Both the position numbers and the translations under genes were made by a program. From Polymyxa betae A26-41 (taxonomy: Eukaryota; Protista; Endomyxa: Phytomyxea), in NCBI GenBank assembly GCA_003693705.1, contig RBZT01000267.1, positions 1-64,000 of the forward strand: 64,000 nt of DNA, given 5' to 3'. The first letter of the stretch is position 1. Each line of letters opens with the position of its first letter. The notes under the pieces were generated by a model. That model did not search any database and was not told the origin of the DNA. It was given only the letters and a program-made list of their open reading frames with translations. Shown in pieces: positions 27,977-38,848 of this stretch.

Positions 27977-28612
27977 CGTCGTAGCAGAAATGTATCAGAA
28001 ACGAGGACCTCGTTAATGCGTGCGGAGTCCGCGACCTGGAATATTAGGGCTACAACCTTATAACATTGGTGAAATTCATCTGCACGCTTTCTGGTGATCC
28101 TCAAATCGTCGCCTACTTTGGATGTGTGTTCGTCCGCCTTAGCGAAATTATAACTCTAATAATTAGGAACACATTGCTCATGGTATTGGTTGCCGTATGA
28201 TCTATGGGAAATTGTTTGCACGCTTTTTCTGCATCTGATACTGTAGCCGCTTGTTTTTTAGTCATGCTGTTCTGTGTCCAAAACTCTTGTCCTTTTTTAT
28301 AGGCGGTCTTCAGTTAGGATTGGATCCAAATGGTCGAGAACAAGCGAGATAATTGCGATCTGTAATTTCATGATCAATTTTGAGTTTACGGTTCATCTAT
28401 TAGATATTACTTTTTCAGAGATTTACCGATTTGCAGTTCCTAATTTCCTATCAACCCCTGAACCTCCAATCTTTTGGCTCAATTGTTACACAACAAAACG
28501 ATCAAGCAGGGTTTGCCAATTATATTCCAGTAAAAAAAATTGAACGTGAATCTGCAGGTATCGAACAGTACCCGCTGCTCTAACAGTTCTAGGTAGTTCT
28601 CGAAACAAAGAG

Positions 28613-28655
28613 GTCCCATAATGGAATTCTGAGTTCAGGGAACCGCGTAATTAAA
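28613..28655 (+). promoter_or_regulatory. Putative type-3 Pol III promoter (USE/PSE-like element plus TATA-like box) of the RNase MRP RNA
   Basis: GTCCCATAATG at -68..-58 (8/11 match to plant USE RTCCCACATCG) and TAATTAAA at -33..-26, 24 nt apart. Confidence 0.55.
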
Positions 28656-28680
28656 GCTGTTTGTCACGAATATCTCGTAC

Positions 28681-28935
28681 GGATATATTATAGAGACTCG
28701 CTTATGGACATCGTCAAACGGACTCTCATTCAGGGAGTCGTCATCTTGTCTGTGGAAAAGTCCCCGGATCATGAGGCAGAAATGCCACTCGGCAATCGAG
28801 TACATGAGCAGATCGGCTGCCTTCGTAGCAAAGATATGAGCTCTCGGCGGGCCCTGCGCATCGTTCATCATAGCAAAGTTATGCGAGTACCTATTTGATA
28901 GGTTACAGAACGGGGCTTACTCCTATAATATATCC
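28681..28935 (+). ncRNA. RMRP: RNase MRP RNA
   Basis: CR-I GGAAAAGTCCCCGG (28754) and CR-V ACAGAACGGGGCTTACT (28905) form P4; CR-IV AAAGTTA; perfect 13-bp P1 (28681-93/28923-35); P2 ACTCGC/GCGAGT; P3 with internal loop; P8 GGCA-GAAA-TGCC; P9; P19 ACCTAT/ATAGGT. Confidence 0.93.
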
Positions 28936-28936
28936 C

Positions 28937-28942
28937 TTTTTT
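28937..28942 (+). terminator. Pol III oligo-T terminator of the MRP RNA
   Basis: TTTTTT two nucleotides after the 3' strand of P1. Confidence 0.8.
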
Positions 28943-28961
28943 GTTCGTCACTTTATTAGAT

Positions 28962-30376
28962 TTACGAGAAAGACTCTCCTGTTGCTACTCTCATGAATGC
29001 CTTCTTAGCATCGGGCGAGGCATTGATTAGGTCGATGCCTAGATTTCTCAAAGCAGCAATAGGCCCAGCAGTATCTAAGCCATATGTCTTATGAATAAAA
29101 TGCACTCCAGCCAGCATTGCAGCGTTTCGTTGACATGCGATCGTCGAATATTTCTGCAACAAATGCATGCTGCCGATGTCTTGCCCATAGGCATTCTTCA
29201 GGCATTCGGCCAGATCGATACTATCAGCAATTCCCTGGTTTAGCCCTTGTCCTGCTTGTGGATGGATATAATGTGCAGCGTCACCGATCAAGGCCACGCG
29301 ATGCCTCACATACGTATCAGCCTGTCTGAGATGGAGAGGAAATAGGAACCGATCGGTAAGCAGATCCAGAACTTTGGGGATTGGGGCGTGAGGAGACTGT
29401 CGAGCGATCTGCAGCATTGATCGAAGCGATTCTGGTAGAACAAACGGAGACGATAGATCTGCAGAATCTGATAGACACCGGTTGAGAACCTCGAGAAATT
29501 TTCGCTTCGAGAGCGATTTCAATTGGTTGGCATCGGTGGGCGGTAATGACCAGACAATGGACGAGCGATTTCCTAAAAGCGGCAGCAAAGCCAATGGACC
29601 TATTCCAAGCTGAGAAAGCAATGATCAGCGTTCGCTAGTTACTTGCCAGTCGGCAGATAACGCTGCCAGGCAGTCTTATCTTGAGCAGATTCGTTGGTTG
29701 CAACAGTGGCTACAAGACCCATCTGATTATAACCGAATCCGAATGTCCCAATATTGGCGAATTCTTTGATATGCGATCGAGCGCCATCAGCGCCGACTAA
29801 AAGCCTCGTGTGGAACGTCTGGCCGTTATCGCATTGGACGGTGGCCCATTCGGGTTGGTCTTCGCCAGGAATTGATACGGACGATACAGACACGTCTTTA
29901 AAGAGTTGCACACCCGATGTCTGGCTCAGCTCCTGAACCCGATTAAACAGAGCGACTTGAATCGTCTAAATCATTTATATCAATCTGAGCTTAATCAATC
30001 CATACAAAACACGCTTTACATCGTTAGGGATAATATGCCCTAGAGGTCGTTCGGGCGATTCTTGATCGAATTGAAGGCGAGCGCCTCCGGCCATGCTATC
30101 CCAGACGGCCATGGACCGATAAGGGCAGCTCTCGGGTTCGAGTTCCTTCCATATGCCGATCTTATCAAACGCCCGCCGGGTTCGAGCAGCAATAGCGCTG
30201 ACCCGGATCGGCGGCGTCGTTGCCGGGCGCGGTTCGGGCGTCGCGCGTTCGAGAACGGCGACACGAAGCGGCCGCGTGACGGCCTCGTTCCCGAGCAGAG
30301 CAGCGAAAGCTGTACCGACGATTCCGCCGCCGACCACGACGACGTCCCATTGGTCGGGACGGTAAAGAGCCCTCAT
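28962..30376 (-). CDS. COQ6: Ubiquinone biosynthesis monooxygenase COQ6, 3 or more exons
   Basis: DVVVVGGGIVG, RVSAI, LLVGADGARS, AWQRYLPTGP, RVALIGDAAH.IHP.AGQGLN.G.AD. Confidence 0.92.
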
Positions 30377-31219
30377 CAGTATGGACGCACTACACCATAT
30401 TGATCACTGAATTAGGAAAGCATTCATTCTCTATGAGATTTATTCGATGGATGATTGTTGCAACGATCAATCTGGGAATTGTCTGATATCACGAGTTGCT
30501 ACGAGATATACGATCACGGGGTGTAGGAAGTGGTGCTTATTGAAGGCATCATGTTGGTAGATGCTTTGAAAACTGTATAGAGATTGTTTGCTGCTCGCAC
30601 GAAGACAAATTACGATTGGTTTAAACAGATCGTGAAGGAATGTGATTAACATTGCATCTGAACACGTCTAAGTCGCAAATCAACAATTCTTTCATGCAGA
30701 TTACAAAAAACGCGCCGAAGGCAATCTACAAATATTTGTATTTTATAATCTATAGATATAAGGAGTTGTTTTGACAACAAAACAACGCAGACAGCCATTT
30801 CAAAACAAAGGTTAAGCAATGTAGAATAAATGACATTTTATTATGTTCTGAACACAGCAGATCACCAGGGAAAAACTGTCTAGGAGACTATAACTCTGGG
30901 TGCATGAATTGAATACCTCAATCATTCCTGATCTTTTGATTGATGTCATTGACATCCAAGAAATGATTGTTTTTTTTTTCAGGAAAAAGTCACAACAAAA
31001 ATAGTGCGCAGCCGCAATTGAAATTGCAGCGTTGTTTTTCTTGATTGTTACACATACACAAATACTACGGTTGGCCAGCGAAGGACACAACAGAATCATC
31101 CGTCTGCTTGCCGCCTGCTCAGTCGTCGTATCCCATCTATTACTCGTCACTGACTTTTCGATTGCCAGCCCAAACTGACAGGCCGAGTCTCATTGTCTAT
31201 GGTAAAGAACCGGGGCGCC

Positions 31220-33301
31220 ATGGCTCCTGATCCTGATGATAAGGAACAGTTCTGTCCGCTTTGCATGGAGGAATTCGATCTGACAGACAAGAGCTTTCAT
31301 CCATGTCGATGTGGCTATCAAGTCTGCATCTGGTGCTTTCACAACATCCAAGATAAACTCAATGGTTTGTGCCCGGCATGCAGGACGCCCTACGATAAAA
31401 GCTCGCTGAACAAGCTCGACCCGAATCTCCTGGCAGCCGCCGAAGCTGACAGGAAAAGGAAGAGGGAACAGCAGCGGGTTGAGAAGGCGACGGCCAAAGC
31501 AGCTGCTGCTGCGGCCGCCGCCGAACAAAAAGACCTTCGATCCGACAGGTCTGCATTGCAGAACGTTCGTGTCATGCAAAGAAATCTTGTCTATGTGACT
31601 GGCCTGCCGCCTCCAATCGCCAAAGAAGAGATTCTGAGAAGGAAAGAACATTTTGGTCGGTTCGGGCGTATCGTCAAGGTTGCAGTCAACAAGAAGACCA
31701 GCACGACGACGCATTCTGCGTATGTGACATTCAAACGAAGCGCAGATGCTTCGGATTGTATATCGCATTTGAATTCATTAGTGCAAGAAGGCAAAACATC
31801 CATGAGGTTGGTTCATTTTGTGAGTTTCGGGTTCCAGTTCGCTTGTTCTGATTGCGATTACTTTTTAGAGCGACGTTCGGCACTACCAAGTATTGCTCGT
31901 TCTTTCTTCGGCACATTCAGTGCAATAATCCCGGCTGTCTGTATCTGCACGAGCTGGCCAACGAGTCCGAATGTTTTACCAAAGAAGATCTGCAGCATGA
32001 TTTCCAGATGGATGAATTCGATATGGACTATCATGGCTCTCAAAGCAATCAGCCCGCAGACATCCAGCCTCCGTCTTGCTCGACTCCATCAACAACTATT
32101 TCGCAGCCGAAAATCGATCATTCCCCAGTGCGTCGAGAAACTGCCAAACCAGCAGCTCCAATCCTGGGTGAATCTCAGACTAGATCTGCTCCAGGCATGA
32201 AACCTTCCGTCCCATCTATTCCTTGCGATACCCACACACTATTCTCTGGGGCCAGTATTCTGAGGAATTCGAATGCTATCAAGGCAACAGATGCTGAGAG
32301 TCAACAGTCGACATCCCCTGTGTCCTGTGATGTACCTAGCAATGTTCCACCATCTGCGCTTTCTGCTCAAAACAGTTTCCTGAGCTACACATCCGATTCC
32401 CGACCTCAGATTCCAAGACCACCAACACAGTCTCGAAGGAGTTTCGTCCTCAAAGATGAAGACGATTCCAGAGCACAGATCGTGCTTCCAGGCATCAGTG
32501 CTTTAGGACTGGGGAAAGCCGATTCTGTAAGTGTCTTTTCACAGGAGTCTCTCCTCTCCGTTCTCATGTTGCAACCAGGGTCCTTTCGGCTGGGATTCAC
32601 AAAGGAATCAGGAACCTCGAGGTATCCAAAAGGCTGCAATATCGCCACCAGAGTCACCACGTACTCAACAACGAGTCGAACAACAAAAAATGTTTCGCTC
32701 GCTGCTTCCAAATGTCGATGTCTCTTTCATTCCTCAACCGAATCGTTCACTGGAATTCAACCTATTCGCTCCACGTGCTACCATCTCCAGGCAACCTGCC
32801 ATGTTTGGCCCTCCGTTCTCAAGCCAGCCTCCACTAGTCATTGAGAAAGCGCCGATTGGTTCAGTTGTCGGTCCACCTCCTGGTACAGATCATAGGCCGC
32901 CTTCATGGTCACATACTATGCCATCAGCTCCTATATATCCGGCCGGATTCGATGGCTATCCTCCTCGAGATCGAGCTCCTCGTCCTCCACCTCCGGGGCT
33001 GTCTGCAAGCGGTAACCACCAGTCAATGCCATTACCGCCCAGATTCGATCGTCATTCGCCACCACCTGGCATGGCGCCTCTCTATGATAATCCAGCGCCT
33101 GGTATGGTGCCACCTAGATTCAATCCGCGATCTCAGTCCCCTGCTGGGTTCGAGCAGCAAGGATCTGCATCAGAGGATTTCCAGATAGCTTCTCAAACTC
33201 AGAGGTATCCAGCAACCACTCCCAGTAATACTCCTGGGTTAATTCAGCGTCCATCCATGGAGCCCGTTCTTCACATAAACGGCGCATGGTTTGGTATGTA
33301 G
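31220..33301 (+). CDS. NOT4: CCR4-NOT E3 ligase NOT4 (C4C4 RING, RRM, C3H1), 3 exons; alternative ATG at 31199
   Basis: CPLCMEEFDLTD..PCRCGYQVC.WC..GLCPACRTPY; VRVMQRNLVYVTGL; ATFGTTKYCSFFLR..CLYLHE; Pro-rich tail. Confidence 0.95.
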
Positions 33302-33385
33302 AAAGTAAAAAAGCCATCATACACATATTACGAAGAAATATTATGTATATAACACTTGAAACATTGCTTTTAGAGCAATCAGCAC

Positions 33386-34276
33386 TTAGCTGGTAAGAAC
33401 TGTCCTCACAACAAAAGCAAGTTGAGAGCATCCATCAAGACACGATTCCGCCAGTTTGGCAGTGACTGTCTCGGACGCATTTCCCACCATATTACAGTAT
33501 GTAATCTTTTGGCTGCTTGTGATAAAGGCCATACTCAGTGTAGCCTTCGTTTTGCCCATATCACCATCAGCTGGATCCAGAGCGATTTGGCCTTCGCTGT
33601 CAACTCCAGCTGATACAGCAGTTACCAGGTCGTACATTTCGACTCCAGCATTGGCAATGGCTGCTGAGGCGCAGGTGATGCCAGCTTCAATGTCGCCACC
33701 ATCATTCTCCAGTACGAGAATGTATACTTCTAGAACAGATTTGGGGAATGTATCGAACCGAATAGCTTCGTATAACGCTTTCTCAACTAAACTGTCATTA
33801 ATACTGAAACTGATAGATGAGCGATGATCATACTGGAGCGAGAAAGGAATCGTTCCTGATCGGATTGTCCCAGACGAGATTGTCGGGAACCTTTGTTAGC
33901 GAATGGAGCGTATTTGAAGTCACACCAGATGTTTCCACTTTCGCTGAATGTATACGACTTTTTCTGCTGACGAGGTCCAAACACAGCACAAATAACCTAT
34001 AAATATGAATATCAAGAGAAGACAAAGAATAATGGGATTAATTCACCTTAGTGGAGAGGCCTGTATCGCTTTGCAGTTCCATATAGGCAGACCCGGTAGC
34101 TTCAGTGATGATTCCAGTTTTCAAAACTATGACCACAATCTTCAGCATCGAATACGAGCAACAAAAAGCTGCTCACACGTCTGGCGAAGTTTATTTCCAG
34201 GACGACCACGACCACACTCAGGAGCAGGATTGACAGGTAATGGTTTATAAGAAACTCGGGCGGACGCCATCATCAT
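33386..34276 (-). CDS. EXOSC6: Exosome RNase PH-like subunit MTR3/EXOSC6 (RRP41 family), multi-exon
   Basis: LKTGIITEATGSAYME, VICAVFGPR, CDFKYAPFA, FPKSVLEVYILVLENDGG, CASAAIANAGVEMYDLV. Confidence 0.8.
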
Positions 34277-34470
34277 TTCCAAGCAACCCGGAAGTTGTAA
34301 AACTCTGCAGAACGTGTTTCGTCCAAATTTGCGCTTCACGCAGTCCGTTTTTTCAAAATTTGGATGATATTTTCAATGCCGTAGAAAGGGATGATGAAAT
34401 AACTGGCGATTATTTACATTCAAATTACGAATCCATTTTATTACCCAATGATTGAGAGAATAATTAATTA

Positions 34471-35970
34471 TTAATGAGAAGTGAGACAATCGAATCGGTT
34501 CCACATCTCCCTGAATTGCCTGACGCGCTCTAACTGGATTTCCCGAGATTCGGGTTTGGCCCGGAAGATAATCTCGGGATGCTCTTGTAGTAATCCACAA
34601 ATTATCTGCAGGCCAAATCGCACCGAGAACTTCCTCTCGTCTTCGATGACGTGGGCATATCCGGATCCATCCGAACCGAATTCAATAGAGAAATAAGGAA
34701 ACCCTTTTGGGATCGCAGAACGAAGTGGCTTCTTGCGAGAGATCTCAATAATCTTCTTATGTGAAGACCATTCTTCATCAGATTCCAACAGACCTTTCTT
34801 GAAATAGATGGGCGCATCGATGTACATTTCGTCATCCATGGGAATGCACTCGATGACGGCATGATGCTTCGATCTCGATGGGCAGGTCTCCATAAAAACA
34901 GCCTTTTGAGAAATTGATTCAAACATTCTGACAAGCTGCTGCTTGACAGCCTGAACTTCTTCGTAGACGTTCTCATCCATTTCAGTAACCGATGATGTGT
35001 GGCTGCTGGGAACAATGTAACAATGACCAAGACCTAAAGGAGGCGTCTCTGGAACGCTGATATAACAGAACTTTCCAATAGAGACAATCAGATGTCGCTG
35101 AACTCGTTTGCTCTCTAAGCAGAACAGACAATTATCATTCTGGCTTTGAAACTTGCGATGTTCAGAGATAACGTTCCTCCGTTTCGCTTCTTCCTCGTTG
35201 ACTTTGCCTTTCTGCTTTTTGGGTGCACGTTCGAACATTTCGCTGTGCGATGTGTCGAACTGTTCATCAGTGGAAGTGGAGAATCGCGAGTTTCTGGCGA
35301 TTTCCAGCGCCGAATCCGTCTGGAACTGATTTCTCGATTGCAATCGTTCTTGCTGTGCCAAATATTCGATATCGTCCCGATTAGAGTTGCAGATATTGAC
35401 AGGGCGGCCTTGACGGTCGATATCAGGAACGATTTCGATGCGCGGCCTAGAACGAATAGCTTCGATCTTCTTCTGTATGGCATCATGTTTCTTCAGATCA
35501 CCAATGAGCTTGGATCGTAGAGCTTCAGCTGCGAGCTGATTTAAATCGTCAACCGTTTCAAACACATCATCACTTTTTTCACGACGATCGACTGTTTGAG
35601 GCTCTCTGTAACCAGATGACAGAAGCGGATGTTGGCTTCTAGATCTGCTCGAGACCGAGCTAGACGGGTTTTGGGAGGCTTCAGCATGATCTTTTTCCTT
35701 TTGGCGTTTCTCGATCCGCCTGCGCCAGCTAGCGCCGCCATCGCCAACTTGTGGCGTTTGCTTTCGGTTTACAGCAATATTGGCCAGATCAATGGGCTTG
35801 GGTTTCGCAGGGGCGGCATCAGCTGGTCGGATCGGCGCAGGCTTGGCGAACGATGCATTGACTGCGAATTCGCCAGCATCCGACATCCATGATTCGCGCT
35901 GCAGATTGCTGACTGGACTCTGTCGATCAACATCTGGCTGTTTTGGTTTGATTTTGATCCCAGACAGCAT
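34471..35970 (-). CDS. CWF19L2: CWF19-like protein 2 (spliceosome disassembly; CwfJ C-terminal domains)
   Basis: Intronless 499 aa: QRESWM, VGDGGASW, CLFC, GHCYIVPSSH, HAVIECIP, APIYFKKGLLESDEEWSSHKK, PKGFPYF, GYAHVIED. Confidence 0.92.
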   Translation of the reverse strand: MLSGIKIKPKQPDVDRQSPVSNLQRESWMSDAGEFAVNASFAKPAPIRPADAAPAKPKPIDLANIAVNRKQTPQVGDGGASWRRRIEKRQKEKDHAEASQNPSSSVSSRSRSQHPLLSSGYREPQTVDRREKSDDVFETVDDLNQLAAEALRSKLIGDLKKHDAIQKKIEAIRSRPRIEIVPDIDRQGRPVNICNSNRDDIEYLAQQERLQSRNQFQTDSALEIARNSRFSTSTDEQFDTSHSEMFERAPKKQKGKVNEEEAKRRNVISEHRKFQSQNDNCLFCLESKRVQRHLIVSIGKFCYISVPETPPLGLGHCYIVPSSHTSSVTEMDENVYEEVQAVKQQLVRMFESISQKAVFMETCPSRSKHHAVIECIPMDDEMYIDAPIYFKKGLLESDEEWSSHKKIIEISRKKPLRSAIPKGFPYFSIEFGSDGSGYAHVIEDERKFSVRFGLQIICGLLQEHPEIIFRAKPESREIQLERVRQFREMWNRFDCLTSH

Positions 35971-36282
35971 CCTTTTCTAAAGATTATGAAAATGGATTCA
36001 TCACGATTACGGACTTTTATTTTTTTGTAAAATTTCATTCGCGGAAAACAGTAAAAAAACGCGCCACTTTTATAACTATTCACAAGGTGACAGTCGCGAC
36101 TTGTCGAGATTATTTTCAGGTTCTAACTAGCTATCAGCACTTTCCCTCGATCTGTAGCTCTTTTATAATTCCATTTTGATCACAGGAAGGTGATTGTAAG
36201 CGAGGCGTATCTTTGTCGACCACCACCGTCACACTCGATCATTTTTCGTTAATAGCGGCCTGTTTATCATCGGCGATTAGTT

Positions 36283-37555
36283 ATGGTTCGACCGCATGCG
36301 ATCAATGTCCATCCTCCTTCGTTATTTCGTGTGATTAAAGTCCCGGTCGCCCGACATCATCAGGAAGGCTCGTCCAAGCCAAATCCGACCATTCTTAAGA
36401 CAATCGGCGGTTATCATCGTCGTGTTGTCACCAATTCCGATGAGAGGAAAAAAAGAACATTTGTTAGCTTTTTTAAGAATACTATTCGAAAGATAAAAGA
36501 TGTGGTACGTCAGATATCTGATTTCTTTTGTCGCTCTCAGTTATTCATTACAGCTCCGTATGCCATCAAATCCTTTGATCCGAAGAATTCAAGAACTTGA
36601 AGACGATATCAAACTGTTACGGCACAAGAACGAGATTTTAGAGAAAGGTTATACATTCGGAACTGGTGCTGATGATAGCAGCGAACGCTCATCAACAAAT
36701 GCACAATCCAATCCAGGTATCTCTCGATTTCTCTCTTGGATCAATCGCATTTTAAAATCTATCAAGATAGAATTCGCTCTGAGGAATCTGAAGCTACCGC
36801 AACAACCGCCGGCCAAAAAACAATTGTCGCTCCAGAAACAGAAGTTCCGGAGGAATGTCATTCAAACCCGATAGAAGATCAGCATTTAGATACTGAATTA
36901 CCAGTGCCAATTCCCCCTCCAGCACCTCCCATTATCCCATCTTCTGCTAATGTATCAATAGTTCCTTTGTCCCGGCCTGCACCTCCTGTTGCTCAGCAAC
37001 AATCTGCAGCTATCCCTGCTCCTCCTCCTGCTCCTCCTTTGCCCTCTGTTCGCTCTCACACTAGGCCACCCGTAGCTGTTGAACCTGTCGCTTTGTCAAA
37101 AACAGCATCAACTAGCGAAGACGAGCAGTCGGGCGGGATCAGCCTGCACGACATTTTAAACATCAAGCTAAAACCTGTTAATCGCAAGGATGCTCAGGAT
37201 AGCGCTTTCCGAATTACCTCAAAAGAACTATTCTCAGTACCATTGAAACCAGTTAGCCGCAGGGGTAGGCCACCTGCTCGTAAAGAGTAAGGCAATCATC
37301 AGGATATGCTTCAATGTGTTTATTTCGACCAATTAGTCCCGAATCTGACAACGAGGATTTCAGGATTCTTCGAGCAGCCATGAAGCGGCGCATTGAGGTA
37401 TTGAAACGCTTTACTTTAGGTTGTTTCCCATACTCAATCTTTTACAGGCATTGTATTCGCCATCTGTATCCGCTGCAGCATCAGACGCGGACTGGAGTGT
37501 GTCGCCGCTTTGCCGAACGAAACAGGCCCGACAAAACACTATCATTCAGAGTTGA
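36283..37555 (+). CDS. Coiled-coil, polyproline and tandem WH2-like protein (PRR11-like or WCA-like), multi-exon
   Basis: RRIQELEDDIKLLR; PPPAPP tracts; ISLHDILNIKLKPV and ITSKELFSVPLKPV; ILRAAMKRRIEAL..SDADW. Confidence 0.6.
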
Positions 37556-37713
37556 AACAACAACTTCATTTTCGTTCTGTAACTGTGTCGCATTGTACGA
37601 GAACGATCATGCCTGTGTAATGCTGAGGATGTTCTAACTTTACCTACCTATACAATCTATCATAAATTCGTTCGAATTTGCTTTGTATCAGACGTCCGAC
37701 CTAACGCAAGTGA

Positions 37714-38516
37714 ATGGCTTTATCATGGTGCGGCTGGTTTGCAATCGACGATTAAGCAGTTGTTGAATTTTCCTATAGTAATGATCGTACATTTCTCGGC
37801 TTAATCTTTTATCTGGTTCTGGTCACGATATTCAACTGGAATGATAGAACAGCCTGCAATTCTCATATGCAAACATTTCAGTTCGTTTCATACACCATGA
37901 TGATTATATCACGCTTGCTATCTGCCAGATTTGAACGTATGGGAAATCGACTGGATTTTGCAGCACAAATCTGTGAAGCCTTACATGTATTCGTTATTCT
38001 GCCTGCCTTTACAGCTTGGACCATTATTGAGACCCTTTGGTCTATTGATAATTATCTCTGCTTGGCTGCATCGCCATCAAACCCGATCCTGTGAGTTTGC
38101 GCAGCTCACATTTTGGAATTCAGATTGAACTTTGTTCCTGCAGTGTTTTCTGGTTACTATATTCATACATGTATATTGGTTTCAAGCTCCATCGCATATA
38201 TAAAGAATGCTGTGTCGAGCAGAATGTTGGACAGCAAGAACCTGCACAAATTCAGCCACTGCCAACTTTTAATCCGGATCAAATCGGCTCATTCCGAGCA
38301 CAGCCTGATCCAAAATGCTGCAAAGAATCCTCATGCGCCATTTGCATTGATGCAATCATGACCGGAGAACTATGCAAACAGATGCCATACTGCAAGCACA
38401 TGTTCCATTCTATATGCGTCGATCAATGGCTGACAAGACGTCCAAACTGTCCTGTTTGCCGACGACGAGTAGACATCGTCCAATGCCGCGTGGAGGCAGA
38501 AGAGGGTGCCGCCTAA
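37714..38516 (+). CDS. Transmembrane RING-H2 E3 ubiquitin ligase; start approximate
   Basis: Hydrophobic N-terminal helices, then CAICID..CKQMPYCKHMFHSICVDQWL..CPVCR. Confidence 0.85.
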
Positions 38517-38715
38517 CAAACGGCAACGACTAACAATGGATAAGTGAAGTGAGACATTCATAGAAAAGGTAATAAAGATAGAATGAGCATAAAGTGCAGG
38601 AAGCACTGTTAGCTGCCTAACAAACGACCACGACTAACGTTGGATAAGTGAAGACATTCATAGAGAAGGTGATAAAGATAGAATGAGCATAAAGTGCAGG
38701 AAGCACTGTTAGCTG
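38511..38715. repeat. ~100-bp tandem direct duplication immediately downstream of the RING gene
   Basis: GCCTAACAAACG...ATAAAGATAGAATGAGCATAAAGTGCAGGAAGCACTGTTAGCTG occurs twice (starts 38511 and 38615) with few mismatches. Confidence 0.92.
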
Positions 38716-38848
38716 GTTGGTCTTAAGGACTACTTAGGGTGTAGGCCCTAAGGTAGGGTTTATGAAACATCATTTTCAAACTTGCGGGAAGTTCAAGGAA
38801 CTACCTTTGGGTTCAAAGACTCGCGGACATTTTTGATGATGTTGCGTT

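Noticed and set aside
28635-28898. ORFs 28635-28871 (-) and 28704-28898 (+)
   Set aside because: Shadow ORFs over the RNase MRP RNA gene with no protein-like features.
38730-38765. TTAGGG/TAGGGTTT words suggesting telomeric repeat or telomerase template
   Set aside because: Isolated, non-tandem, and without Pol III promoter or terminator context.
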